Virus record (IMG/VR): IMGVR_UViG_3300021197_001602
Location: 1 to 64,000 of that record
Length of the DNA: 64,000 nucleotides
Reading direction: 5' to 3' (one strand)
Source of the DNA: a virus
Shown here: positions 47,268-55,837 of the stretch, in pieces
How the letters are laid out: each line of letters opens with the position of its first letter
Position numbering within the stretch: the first letter of the stretch is position 1
Position numbers and translations under genes: made by a program
Notes under the pieces: generated by a model
What the model was told of the DNA's origin: nothing
Databases searched by the model: none
Seen by the model: the letters and a program-made list of their open reading frames with translations, nothing else

Positions 47268-48848
47268 ATGAGCAAGGTATATGATTCTAACCTATCGTTA
47301 ATTAAAAAAATCGCTACAGGTGTCAACAGTTTGGCTGACAATGTAGGCGCAACACTTGGACCAAAAGGTCGCAATGTTATTTTACAAAAGGCTGGAGAAA
47401 GACCAGTCATTACAAAGGATGGCGTAACTGTTGCGTCTTTTGTTTCCTTTGAAGACCCCTTTGAGAACCTTGGTGCTCAGGTCGTCAAGCAAGCCTCACA
47501 GGTTACTGCTGACGAAGCTGGCGACGGCACAACGACATCTACGATGGTTGCTAGAGGCATCGTCGAGGGTGCCACAAGGCACTTGATTGCTGGAGTCTCC
47601 CCTATAGAAATTAAGAGAGGCATTGACAAGACTACAGAATCTCTTCTGGAGCACCTCTCTGATGAGGCAACGCCTCTTAAGTCTTTTGAGCAAGTTAATC
47701 ATGTTGCAGTTGTTTCTGCCAATGGCGACCAGAAGCTCGGTGGCTTAATCGCTCAAGCGGTCGACCAAGTTGGGAAACACGGTGCGATTACAATCGAGCC
47801 AGCAAACTCTCACGAGACAACGCTTGAGCTTATCGAAGGGTTCCAGTTCGATGCTGGATATTTATCAAATACTTTCGTCACTGATAGGCGGCGGTGGACG
47901 ATGCGACAAGAGAATGCATTGGTCTTGGTTTACGATGGAACCATATCAGCAGTGGAAGAGATTTTCCCAGTTCTTCAGATTGTAGCGAGGGAAGGTCGAG
48001 CGCTGACCGTGGTTGCAGAGGATGTAAAAGACCAGGCTCTTGCAGCTTTGATTGCCAATGTTTCTCGTGGCTCAATGAAGGTCGCAGCGATTAAAGCCCC
48101 AGGATACGGAGAGGAGCGCCGAGCCTGTCTATCAGACTTGGCTCTATCGACTGGAGCGACCTTCGTTGGTCCAGCCAACGGAGTTACACTGACAAATACT
48201 AAGTTAAGTGACTTGGGAACTTGCGCCACAATTGAGGCAAAGAAGAATTGGTCAACCTTCGTCGGCGGCAAAGGCGACGGCGATGCAATTGAGCAAAGAA
48301 TTGAAGAGTTAAAAGAAGAAATCAAACAAACTCCTTCAATGAAAGAATGTGAAGCGATTCAGAGACGAATTAATCGACTCGCCAGCGGGATTGGAATCAT
48401 CAAGGTTGGTGGCACAACTGAGGTCGAAATGATGGAAGCTCTGCACAGGGCTGACGATGCCCTTAAGGCGGTTAAGTCTGCTCAAGAGCAGGGTGTTACC
48501 CTTGGTGGCGGCATGGCTCTTCTAAGGGCTGCTGTGACTGTTGAGGCGAACCCTACGACAGCACTCACCCAAGCTGAGCTTGTTGGGCGTCAGATTGTCA
48601 TTGATGCCTGTAAAGAACCAATCCGCCAGATGTGTGCCAATGCAGGTACTTCCGCCGATGTCATGATTAAAACCTTGACAGAGGTCGAGGACGGCTATGG
48701 ATACGACTTTGCAACTGGTGCTGTAGTTAATATGCTGGAGTCTGGAATTATTGACCCAGTAAAAGTAACAAAAACTGCCCTTACGAATGCTGTGTCCGCA
48801 GCGGGCATACTTATTACAACTTCTCACGGGATTGTTGAGACAAATTGA
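47268..48848 (+). CDS. groEL: GroEL-like chaperonin
   Basis: TLGPKGRNV, ITKDGVTVA, AGDGTTT, KAPGYG, VGGTTEVEM, GIIDP.KV; lacks the GGM tail. Confidence 0.95.
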   Translation: MSKVYDSNLSLIKKIATGVNSLADNVGATLGPKGRNVILQKAGERPVITKDGVTVASFVSFEDPFENLGAQVVKQASQVTADEAGDGTTTSTMVARGIVEGATRHLIAGVSPIEIKRGIDKTTESLLEHLSDEATPLKSFEQVNHVAVVSANGDQKLGGLIAQAVDQVGKHGAITIEPANSHETTLELIEGFQFDAGYLSNTFVTDRRRWTMRQENALVLVYDGTISAVEEIFPVLQIVAREGRALTVVAEDVKDQALAALIANVSRGSMKVAAIKAPGYGEERRACLSDLALSTGATFVGPANGVTLTNTKLSDLGTCATIEAKKNWSTFVGGKGDGDAIEQRIEELKEEIKQTPSMKECEAIQRRINRLASGIGIIKVGGTTEVEMMEALHRADDALKAVKSAQEQGVTLGGGMALLRAAVTVEANPTTALTQAELVGRQIVIDACKEPIRQMCANAGTSADVMIKTLTEVEDGYGYDFATGAVVNMLESGIIDPVKVTKTALTNAVSAAGILITTSHGIVETN

Positions 48849-48858
48849 TGACCTTGTA

Positions 48859-48868
48859 ACTATTTACT
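48859..48868 (+). promoter_or_regulatory. Putative late-promoter motif ACTATTTACT
   Basis: Recurrent motif. Confidence 0.5.
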
Positions 48869-48911
48869 CAGGAATGAGGGTTACTAATCATTCGTTTGGG
48901 GGGTAGTAAAT

Positions 48912-49361
48912 ATGAAGGATAATATGAACGAGGAGAGTCACATCTCTCAGCAATTATCAGAAGTGTTGCGCCAACTTGGTAACATGCGTGAGGAAGTCGG
49001 AGATGTGCGTGAGCAGGTCGACGCTACCAAGAGTCATCCTTCTCAAAATGGTGGCTGGGATGGGCTCATGGAGCTTGTCAAGAAGACCCACGACCACCTT
49101 GAGAAGATTGACCGACGCTTAGATGTGATGGAGCACACCTTGAACAATCCCCAGGAAGGGGCGATTGCACAGGTAAAAGAACTGAGAGAGTGGAGAGAGC
49201 GAGCTAACGCAACTCTCGATGGAAACCGAATGCAGGATGAGCGACTCCTTCGCTTGGAATTGCAACTACAAATCTATAACAAGGTCACTTGGGCAATCGG
49301 TCTTGGTGTATTGGGCTTGCTTGTCAAGGCTTTTATGTCACTTATCGTACCAGGAGCTTGA
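48912..49361 (+). CDS. Coiled-coil protein with a C-terminal TM helix
   Basis: Heptad pattern followed by WAIGLGVLGLLVKAFMSLI. Confidence 0.65.
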   Translation: MKDNMNEESHISQQLSEVLRQLGNMREEVGDVREQVDATKSHPSQNGGWDGLMELVKKTHDHLEKIDRRLDVMEHTLNNPQEGAIAQVKELREWRERANATLDGNRMQDERLLRLELQLQIYNKVTWAIGLGVLGLLVKAFMSLIVPGA

Positions 49362-49389
49362 AATATTAAATAAAAAGCTAACTTTTCTC

Positions 49390-49525
49390 TTGACAAGTAC
49401 TGCCGATAATGGTATATTATGTATGTTGGATGGGAGAGTTGTCTAAGCGGTGAATGAACAAGTCGATATTAGCGGCAAAAAAAGTTCAAATAAAGCTTGA
49501 CAAACAAGGTCATTTAGGCTATATT
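49390..49525 (+). promoter_or_regulatory. Tandem sigma70-like promoters (TTGACA-N17-TATATT at 49390 and 49497)
   Basis: Two near-consensus promoters 107 bp apart. Confidence 0.7.
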
Positions 49526-49550
49526 TAGTATGTGAGATGGAGGTTTTACC

Positions 49551-50330
49551 ATGAGTACACTTCGTAAAAGACTTGAAGCGCTGGTTGCCAACCCTAGGCT
49601 TAAGGCTAGCGGTCGTGATTTGCAGTTTGCAGAGTCGCTTCTGGCATATTATGAGCGAACTGGTCGCTTGACTAGTGGTCGCCGAAGCTGGATTGATAAG
49701 TTGGAAACTAAATATGCTGCTGATGCACCTGACATGAGCGACCAAACGCTCGGCTCCCGCATCGATGCGGTCTTGCCGAAAACCGACCCAAGGTCATGGG
49801 ACCGTGGCTTCCTTGAGAGTCTGCAAGAGCAAAACCGAACTCGTGGCTCACTCAGCGCCCGCCAGATTCAGATTCTAGAGAAGATTGAAGACAATCATTC
49901 AGAAGAAGTCATCGCTCGCCGAGCTACTTGGGCGGATGATTATGATGCCGCCCATGCTGAGCGTATGAAGGTCGCTGCTGCATATTATGCCGCCAACCCT
50001 CCGTACTTTGGTGACCTTGCTCACAGTGTCCTCAATGTTGAGGGGTTCGTCCCGACCGAAAAGCAGTACCGCTCGCTGACTGAGAACAAGTATGCAGCTA
50101 AAGTGATTGCGTCGCACTTCGCCGAGCCATCGTTTCCAGTTGGCTCCAAGGTTGAGTGGCGCTCCTCTGCGGGCGCTCGGTACCGTGGCATGAAGGGCTT
50201 TGTGATGAAGGTCGATGCCAAGCCAGTCACTAATGCGGCTCGTGGCACCAAGGTATACATGGTCTTGCCCGTTGGTGCGGCAGTTCCCGTCTTCGCTGAA
50301 GAGCGACACCTCAAGCGAGGTCGATTCTAA
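49551..50330 (+). CDS. Hypothetical early protein
   Basis: GGAGG RBS; two internal F.ESL......G.L(T/S)..R repeats; SH3-like C-terminus. Confidence 0.75.
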   Translation: MSTLRKRLEALVANPRLKASGRDLQFAESLLAYYERTGRLTSGRRSWIDKLETKYAADAPDMSDQTLGSRIDAVLPKTDPRSWDRGFLESLQEQNRTRGSLSARQIQILEKIEDNHSEEVIARRATWADDYDAAHAERMKVAAAYYAANPPYFGDLAHSVLNVEGFVPTEKQYRSLTENKYAAKVIASHFAEPSFPVGSKVEWRSSAGARYRGMKGFVMKVDAKPVTNAARGTKVYMVLPVGAAVPVFAEERHLKRGRF

Positions 50331-50343
50331 ATAAAATTATTGA

Positions 50344-50372
50344 TTAACAGTGTGCACCATAGGGTGTATACT
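50344..50372 (+). promoter_or_regulatory. Sigma70-like promoter TTAACA-N17-TATACT
   Basis: Intergenic, TG-extended -10. Confidence 0.55.
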
Positions 50373-50410
50373 TGTATATAAATATAAATATAGTTTTGGA
50401 GTAAAACCAA

Positions 50411-50857
50411 ATGCGAGTAAACATACAATACACGGTAGAGGTGGAACAGATTCCCGAAGAGATGAAAAGGCTCTTGGAATATTCAGTTGTCCGCCAGCTT
50501 AGAGAAGCAGCAGATAGGGTTCATCGTATGGACACCACAGCGGCTTACCAGTCGCTACTATCTGAGATAGAGTCGATAAGGGGGCTCTTGTTACAGTCCG
50601 ATGAACGACTTTCAGATATTGAAGGCATCATGAGGGGCTATCATGCCCAGCAAACATCTCAGGTTTATCCTGAAGCAGAGCCAGTGACTGCCCCTACGGG
50701 CGTCGACCCACCAACGCAGCTACCAGTTGACGAGTCCTCAATGGGAGTGATTCAAGCTCGCTTGGCGGAACATAAGATGGAGACTGATGCGCTCAAGAGA
50801 ACATTCCAAAACTGGGGTGTGGGTGACGACTCTACCGATGAAGAGGGGGGCAAATGA
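50411..50857 (+). CDS. Hypothetical protein
   Basis: GGAG RBS; coupled operon. Confidence 0.7.
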   Translation: MRVNIQYTVEVEQIPEEMKRLLEYSVVRQLREAADRVHRMDTTAAYQSLLSEIESIRGLLLQSDERLSDIEGIMRGYHAQQTSQVYPEAEPVTAPTGVDPPTQLPVDESSMGVIQARLAEHKMETDALKRTFQNWGVGDDSTDEEGGK

Positions 50858-51123
50858 TTACCCCTGATTATGTAGAGAAAGGTCGACTAGTTTATATTCC
50901 ATCGGGCTCAACACTGATAGTTCGTGATGATGATGCAACGGGTTTTTATATAGAACGCTATGTAAAAATAGAAAAGCCAGCAAATTGCATAATCATGTCG
51001 AGCGAGGTAAAGAACAACTTGTGTGAGATTTTATATTGTGGAAAATTGTGGCATGTTAAAGTTTCTGAAGCATACGCAGTGTATGGTGAAGACTATAAAA
51101 TAAAAGGAGAAAGCGCATGTTAG
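50854..51123 (+). CDS. Hypothetical protein
   Basis: ATGA overlap. Confidence 0.6.
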   Translation: MITPDYVEKGRLVYIPSGSTLIVRDDDATGFYIERYVKIEKPANCIIMSSEVKNNLCEILYCGKLWHVKVSEAYAVYGEDYKIKGESAC

Positions 51124-51431
51124 TAACTCTTGTAGAAGTTGTAGAACAAAGGCAACAATACACAAACTCCGCCGAGAGGCTAAAGGCTTACAACCTCAGA
51201 GAGGTCACAGTTAATCCTGACCATGTTGTATGCTTGCGAGAAGACCACCAGATGTTAAAGATGCTTAGTGAAGGGTATCTTCCAGAAGACATCGATGGTC
51301 GCCAACAGTTCACGAGGCTGTACCTCGATAGAGGTCAATCTGGCATTGACATTACGGTTGTTGGCAGTGTCCAGACCGTAAAAGCCAGCCTCGGGGTGAA
51401 TGCAGGCAATCGTGAGGTGCTCAATGGGTGA
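51117..51431 (+). CDS. Hypothetical protein
   Basis: AGGAG RBS. Confidence 0.65.
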   Translation: MLVTLVEVVEQRQQYTNSAERLKAYNLREVTVNPDHVVCLREDHQMLKMLSEGYLPEDIDGRQQFTRLYLDRGQSGIDITVVGSVQTVKASLGVNAGNREVLNG

Positions 51432-51708
51432 TGCAAGGTTTGAAATAGTTGCCTGGGATGGTTGCCCTTGGTGTGCGAAAGCATATGACCTGTTGAAGAC
51501 TGAGGGATATGCGGTATCGATGGTCCTGCTAGAGCGTGATAGCCAGCAACTTAATGAGGCAAAGGCTTCACGACAGTGGCAGACGGTTCCGATGGTTACT
51601 CAATATGTTGCTTCCGACGAAGGCTCCGAGGAGGAGTTGTTCATAGGGGGTTACACAGACTTGTGCTCTCATTTGATGAGAGTAAAGGGGGAAAAGGAAG
51701 TTGGCTAA
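51424..51708 (+). CDS. Glutaredoxin
   Basis: CPWC, TVP, FIGGYTDL. Confidence 0.9.
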   Translation: MGDARFEIVAWDGCPWCAKAYDLLKTEGYAVSMVLLERDSQQLNEAKASRQWQTVPMVTQYVASDEGSEEELFIGGYTDLCSHLMRVKGEKEVG

Positions 51709-52207
51709 GGCAGCGAAGAAGGAGAAGTTTCACTTTGATGTTTCAGGTTTGACACCACTTGAGTGTACCTTGCTTAAGCAGACGGAGTTCTTAGGCTATC
51801 ATAATCGAGATGAAGAGGTTGAATATAGAGAAGGAAAATATCACGGGTCTATGTTTTGGGAGGTTGATGAATTCGGCTCAAAAAAGTGGGTTGTCTGCGT
51901 TCGAATCGCAGTTGATTGGGAAAAGCACTTTGCCGATGGAGCCACCAAACAGGAGCTTTTCGGCAGATGTATTGCTCATCTGAATCTTCCGCCAAAGCGA
52001 AAGAAGTTTCAACGACGCCAAACAAAACCGAGATATGGAAAGCTGTCCCCAGTGTCTCATTGGATTTATCCAAAAGAAGAGGACGGTGTAAAATATTTGT
52101 CTGCCCTCGTGATTACCGACAAGAAGCGATGCCGTTACTTCTTCGGACAAGGACCAGCAAACCTAACCATGAAGTCTGTCAGAAGAATGCGACAGAAGAG
52201 GGATTAA
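51701..52207 (+). CDS. Hypothetical basic protein
   Basis: TTG start with AAGGA RBS; coupled. Confidence 0.6.
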   Translation: MAKAAKKEKFHFDVSGLTPLECTLLKQTEFLGYHNRDEEVEYREGKYHGSMFWEVDEFGSKKWVVCVRIAVDWEKHFADGATKQELFGRCIAHLNLPPKRKKFQRRQTKPRYGKLSPVSHWIYPKEEDGVKYLSALVITDKKRCRYFFGQGPANLTMKSVRRMRQKRD

Positions 52208-52216
52208 AATTAAAAG

Positions 52217-52594
52217 ATGTCAGATGAAAAGCTATATGTTATACCAGCAGGCTCGCTTGAAAAGATAAGAGAAGAGTTGCTGGAGTTAAAGACCACCTCA
52301 AGCTGTCTTTTAAAATACTATGCTGAACTCAGAGAGGTTGATGCATGGGATAATTCCCCAATCATTCACTTGTGCGAGCTTTATTGTGGAAGCTCCTCAA
52401 TGGACGGACTGCTTACGACCCTCAGCGAAGACCCTGGTGTGGAAGTACCACAGCAATACTTGGATATGATTGCAGACGGAGATGTTGTTATTAGCAATGC
52501 TGATTATGTTGCCATACTGACGCTCTTGGAGTCTTTGAGGAATCTCAAGTCGAGCACTGCAACCAACTATGGCATTTCTTTTGAGGTGCACTGA
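52217..52594 (+). CDS. Hypothetical protein
   Basis: ORF within the operon. Confidence 0.6.
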   Translation: MSDEKLYVIPAGSLEKIREELLELKTTSSCLLKYYAELREVDAWDNSPIIHLCELYCGSSSMDGLLTTLSEDPGVEVPQQYLDMIADGDVVISNADYVAILTLLESLRNLKSSTATNYGISFEVH

Positions 52595-53523
52595 TGAACG
52601 CCCACGAGAGGTTCAAGGAGTACGCTGGTGATAAGTGCTGGCAAGCTCACATTTCTGATGTTAACAGAGAAACTGATTTGGAACTGGCAGGCTTAACTGC
52701 GCAAAAAACTTCTCAGCTAAAAGTCTCAGATTTTGAATTTGAATATGTTCCCAAAGAGGACAAGCTTGTTTGCTCTGAGATTAGGCGGTTCATCGAACGA
52801 CACGAGTGGCTGGGCAAGATGCCAATTTGGTCCACTCACAGGTTCACTGCTCGACTTAAGGGTTGCGGCACTTTGGCTGGTACCATTGTTATGGCGACCC
52901 CATATACTTTCTCAAACCTCCTAGGCAGGGAAAACCGAGGCAAAGAGAAGCTAATTGCAAGGGGTGCGTGTATTTCCTGGTCACCTAAAAACCTTGGCTC
53001 ATGGTTGATAATGCAGTCTGTGCGTTGGATGGTACAACACACTGAGTTTAGATTCTTTACAGCCTATAGCGACCCTGAAGCGAAAGAGCTTGGCACACTC
53101 TATCAGGCTTGTAACTTCCATTACCTTGGGCAGAAGTTTGGCACGGGTAATCAATACTTAGACCCAGCCAATCCAGACCGTGGGTGGTTTGGTGCTTCGG
53201 GCTTCAGCGATAGAAGTCAAATTGTGCGATATGCAAAGCAATTGGGCATGACATGGCAGCCCGAGTGGTACAAGTATGTGGGCTCGAAAAAGAATTATCG
53301 CAAGGTAGACTGGAAGGCTATTCCCGAGAAGGAAGCCGCCATGCTGAAGCAGGCAAGAAAAGACCATCGTGCCCGCTGTCAGCAACGACCATCACCTTCG
53401 AAACATAAGTATGTTTATATTCTCGGTACCAGCAAGCGAGAAACTAAAGTATTGTTGAAGAAGTTTGAAGAAAACAACCCAAAGAAGATTGATTTAGAAT
53501 ATCCAAGAGCACGAGGAGTTTGA
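52594..53523 (+). CDS. Mom-like (GNAT-fold) DNA-modification protein
   Basis: FIERHEWLG, LIARG, PKNLGSWLI..S, AYSDP..KELGTLYQACNF.YLG, P.KHKYVY. Confidence 0.65.
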   Translation: MNAHERFKEYAGDKCWQAHISDVNRETDLELAGLTAQKTSQLKVSDFEFEYVPKEDKLVCSEIRRFIERHEWLGKMPIWSTHRFTARLKGCGTLAGTIVMATPYTFSNLLGRENRGKEKLIARGACISWSPKNLGSWLIMQSVRWMVQHTEFRFFTAYSDPEAKELGTLYQACNFHYLGQKFGTGNQYLDPANPDRGWFGASGFSDRSQIVRYAKQLGMTWQPEWYKYVGSKKNYRKVDWKAIPEKEAAMLKQARKDHRARCQQRPSPSKHKYVYILGTSKRETKVLLKKFEENNPKKIDLEYPRARGV

Positions 53524-53623
53524 ACTCATGCTCCTTCTTAATTATTGTGGACATTTACATAAAATCCAAAAAAGTTGAAAAAAAATAGCATTTATCGACA
53601 AACACCTTTTTGTGCGAGACAGA

Positions 53624-53633
53624 ACTATTTATT
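53624..53633 (+). promoter_or_regulatory. Putative late-promoter motif ACTATTTATT
   Basis: Heads the accessory gene cluster. Confidence 0.6.
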
Positions 53634-53676
53634 GAGTGAATTAATAACAGATTCCCCGTGAGAGGAGACTTACAAT

Positions 53677-54072
53677 ATGAGTGAAGATAATGACGAAAAG
53701 TCTTTACAAGCAGAAGAACAAGAGAAAGAGAAGGCAGCGCAAGACGAATTGCTCCCTTCCGCACCACCCAAGCTGGCAGCCCGAGGTATTCGAACATTCA
53801 CTGTTGCAAGGCGATTCGATGAGTCTGGCGTGTCGGGCACTGGTGTTGTCATCGAAGGCGTTGTATTGGCAACTGGTCAGTGTATTGTCCACTGGCTCTA
53901 CCCGCCGCCCCGTGGTGGCATCGCAATCTTTGATTCAATGAACGACTTTATCAAGGTCCACATCGGTCCACACCCAGCAAACAAAACAATCATCACTTAC
54001 CAAGACGGTGAACAGCAAACATTTGGGAATGATGATGAAGCCACACCTGAAACTCAAAACGAGGTAGAATAA
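53677..54072 (+). CDS. Phage hypothetical protein
   Basis: R.F.V.R..DESGVSGTGVV.EGV motif; GAGGAG RBS. Confidence 0.75.
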   Translation: MSEDNDEKSLQAEEQEKEKAAQDELLPSAPPKLAARGIRTFTVARRFDESGVSGTGVVIEGVVLATGQCIVHWLYPPPRGGIAIFDSMNDFIKVHIGPHPANKTIITYQDGEQQTFGNDDEATPETQNEVE

Positions 54073-54474
54073 ATGCAGAGTCTTATAAAAAACCTACGCC
54101 CGATTTATATCGAGGAATCTAAATTTCCAGTCTGGCTGAGCAAGCTGGTCCCTATCGAGGTGAACGCCGTGAGTATCGGACCCTTTGTATGGTGCCGAGG
54201 TATATTATCTACCACTACAAAGCGCCACGAGTGTATTCATTTTCACCAGCAGCTAGAATTATTGTTTGTAGGTCAGTGGATTTTGTACGGTTTGAGCTAT
54301 TTATATAATAGGATTATAAAGAGGATGGATGGTCCTACAGCCTATCGATTTAATGTGTTCGAAGTAGAAGCATATACTCATGAATCGACAGTACATTACT
54401 TAAGAGACAGAAAGACCTTTGCTTGGGTCAAATATATAAAGGGAAATAAAGAAGATGAAGCTCAAAGATTTTAA
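54073..54474 (+). CDS. HExxH zincin-like small protein
   Basis: RHECIHFHQQ ... AYR.N.FEVEAY. Confidence 0.65.
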   Translation: MQSLIKNLRPIYIEESKFPVWLSKLVPIEVNAVSIGPFVWCRGILSTTTKRHECIHFHQQLELLFVGQWILYGLSYLYNRIIKRMDGPTAYRFNVFEVEAYTHESTVHYLRDRKTFAWVKYIKGNKEDEAQRF

Positions 54475-55837
54475 AAAGCTAAATGAGAACTGGAGCCAGT
54501 GGGCTTCACAAGGTTACCCGTCTGGTCCGAGGGCAGACCTATACGATGCTATTCGTGACCACTCCTTGGAGAAGACGGGAAGCAGGGAGACTTATGGCAA
54601 CTTTGACAAGCTCGACGCCATGAACGACGAAGAGCTAGAAAACTATGCCACAGAGCTAATGCCTCAGTTGCCTGGTGATGAAGGTCCATATGACGCAGAG
54701 GCTGAAGCCTCAGCTATGAGAGAGTCCGCAGGTGGAAAGCTTCAGTATTCTGTATCCAACACTGGCTATGGGGATGTGTATGAATTCTTCGATGAGAATG
54801 GCGAAGAGACAGAGCAGACTCTAGGAATGATGGTTCTCGACTTGGCTGATGCTGGAGTCGGAGGCTGGGCACCCGAAGAACAAATTGATAGAATGATGGC
54901 TGTCAACGCAGACCCAAGCAAAAATCAAGGTGGGATGCAGAAGTGGGACAGCAGCGTCTTTGAAGATTACTATGGCGCAGACAACCAAAAGATTCTCCAA
55001 GCTTGGGCTAAGATGAGCGGCATGGAGCTTGAGCAAATGCCTGAAGCCGAAGATGAGTATGAAGACGACGGCACCAATGACTTTGAAGAATACTATAGCG
55101 AAAGCAAGAAGCGTAATAAAATTCACGAAGGGCGATATCATTTCGCAAACGCCTTCGACCAACTTGACATTGGAGAAGACCCGAGAGCACAAGCGCTCGA
55201 ACAGTGCATAAAGATTCTTAATGAATTAACCTATGACTCTTTAGAAGGTGATGTCGCATCCTACGCAGATGATGCTGCTCGCCTGTTGTGGAAAGCAGCA
55301 GAAGAACTAGATTATAAAAGAAATCAAGTGGGCAATGTTGAAGAATCAGTGGTCGGAGACATGAAGAGTAAGTTTCAAGATATGCTTACCCTCGGCGGCA
55401 AGAAAGGCAAGAGTAAGGGCGCTGGAAAGGGAAAGAAGATGGTAACGCCCGAACAAATTAAGAAGTGGTGGGGAAGCCTGCCAGCATCGGAGAAGCTGAA
55501 GATTTCTTCAAAGATGAAGCTTCCACGCAAAATAAAAGATTGGGGCGACCAAGAGTGGACTAACGCAGCAAGCTATTTGCTGGACAACCCTGTTGAAGAG
55601 GCACTCAGCCCAGAAGACGAAAGAGCCAGCGAGCAGGCTTATGCGATGGCTTTCGAGAAAGGTAGAAAGGGTATGGCAGTTGTTGATGTATGTAACGGCT
55701 TGACTGGTATCGGACACAAGGCTTGCTTGGCAGGACATCAAGACGGCGCTAACGAGTTCAGGCAGTCGCTTGCAGAGCGTGTGCGTCAGACTGTGGTGCG
55801 AAAACTTACAGAAGCCAAAGGAGTCGAAAAGAAATGA
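54455..55837 (+). CDS. Multi-segment acidic protein with a tag-like N-terminus (putative internal head polyprotein)
   Basis: MKLKDFKKLNENWSQW; segments separated by xxE sites. Confidence 0.65.
   Translation: MKLKDFKKLNENWSQWASQGYPSGPRADLYDAIRDHSLEKTGSRETYGNFDKLDAMNDEELENYATELMPQLPGDEGPYDAEAEASAMRESAGGKLQYSVSNTGYGDVYEFFDENGEETEQTLGMMVLDLADAGVGGWAPEEQIDRMMAVNADPSKNQGGMQKWDSSVFEDYYGADNQKILQAWAKMSGMELEQMPEAEDEYEDDGTNDFEEYYSESKKRNKIHEGRYHFANAFDQLDIGEDPRAQALEQCIKILNELTYDSLEGDVASYADDAARLLWKAAEELDYKRNQVGNVEESVVGDMKSKFQDMLTLGGKKGKSKGAGKGKKMVTPEQIKKWWGSLPASEKLKISSKMKLPRKIKDWGDQEWTNAASYLLDNPVEEALSPEDERASEQAYAMAFEKGRKGMAVVDVCNGLTGIGHKACLAGHQDGANEFRQSLAERVRQTVVRKLTEAKGVEKK

Noticed and set aside
48912-49361. 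Holin or spanin call for the coiled-coil TM protein
   Set aside because: Only a single C-terminal TM helix and no adjacent endolysin; insufficient support
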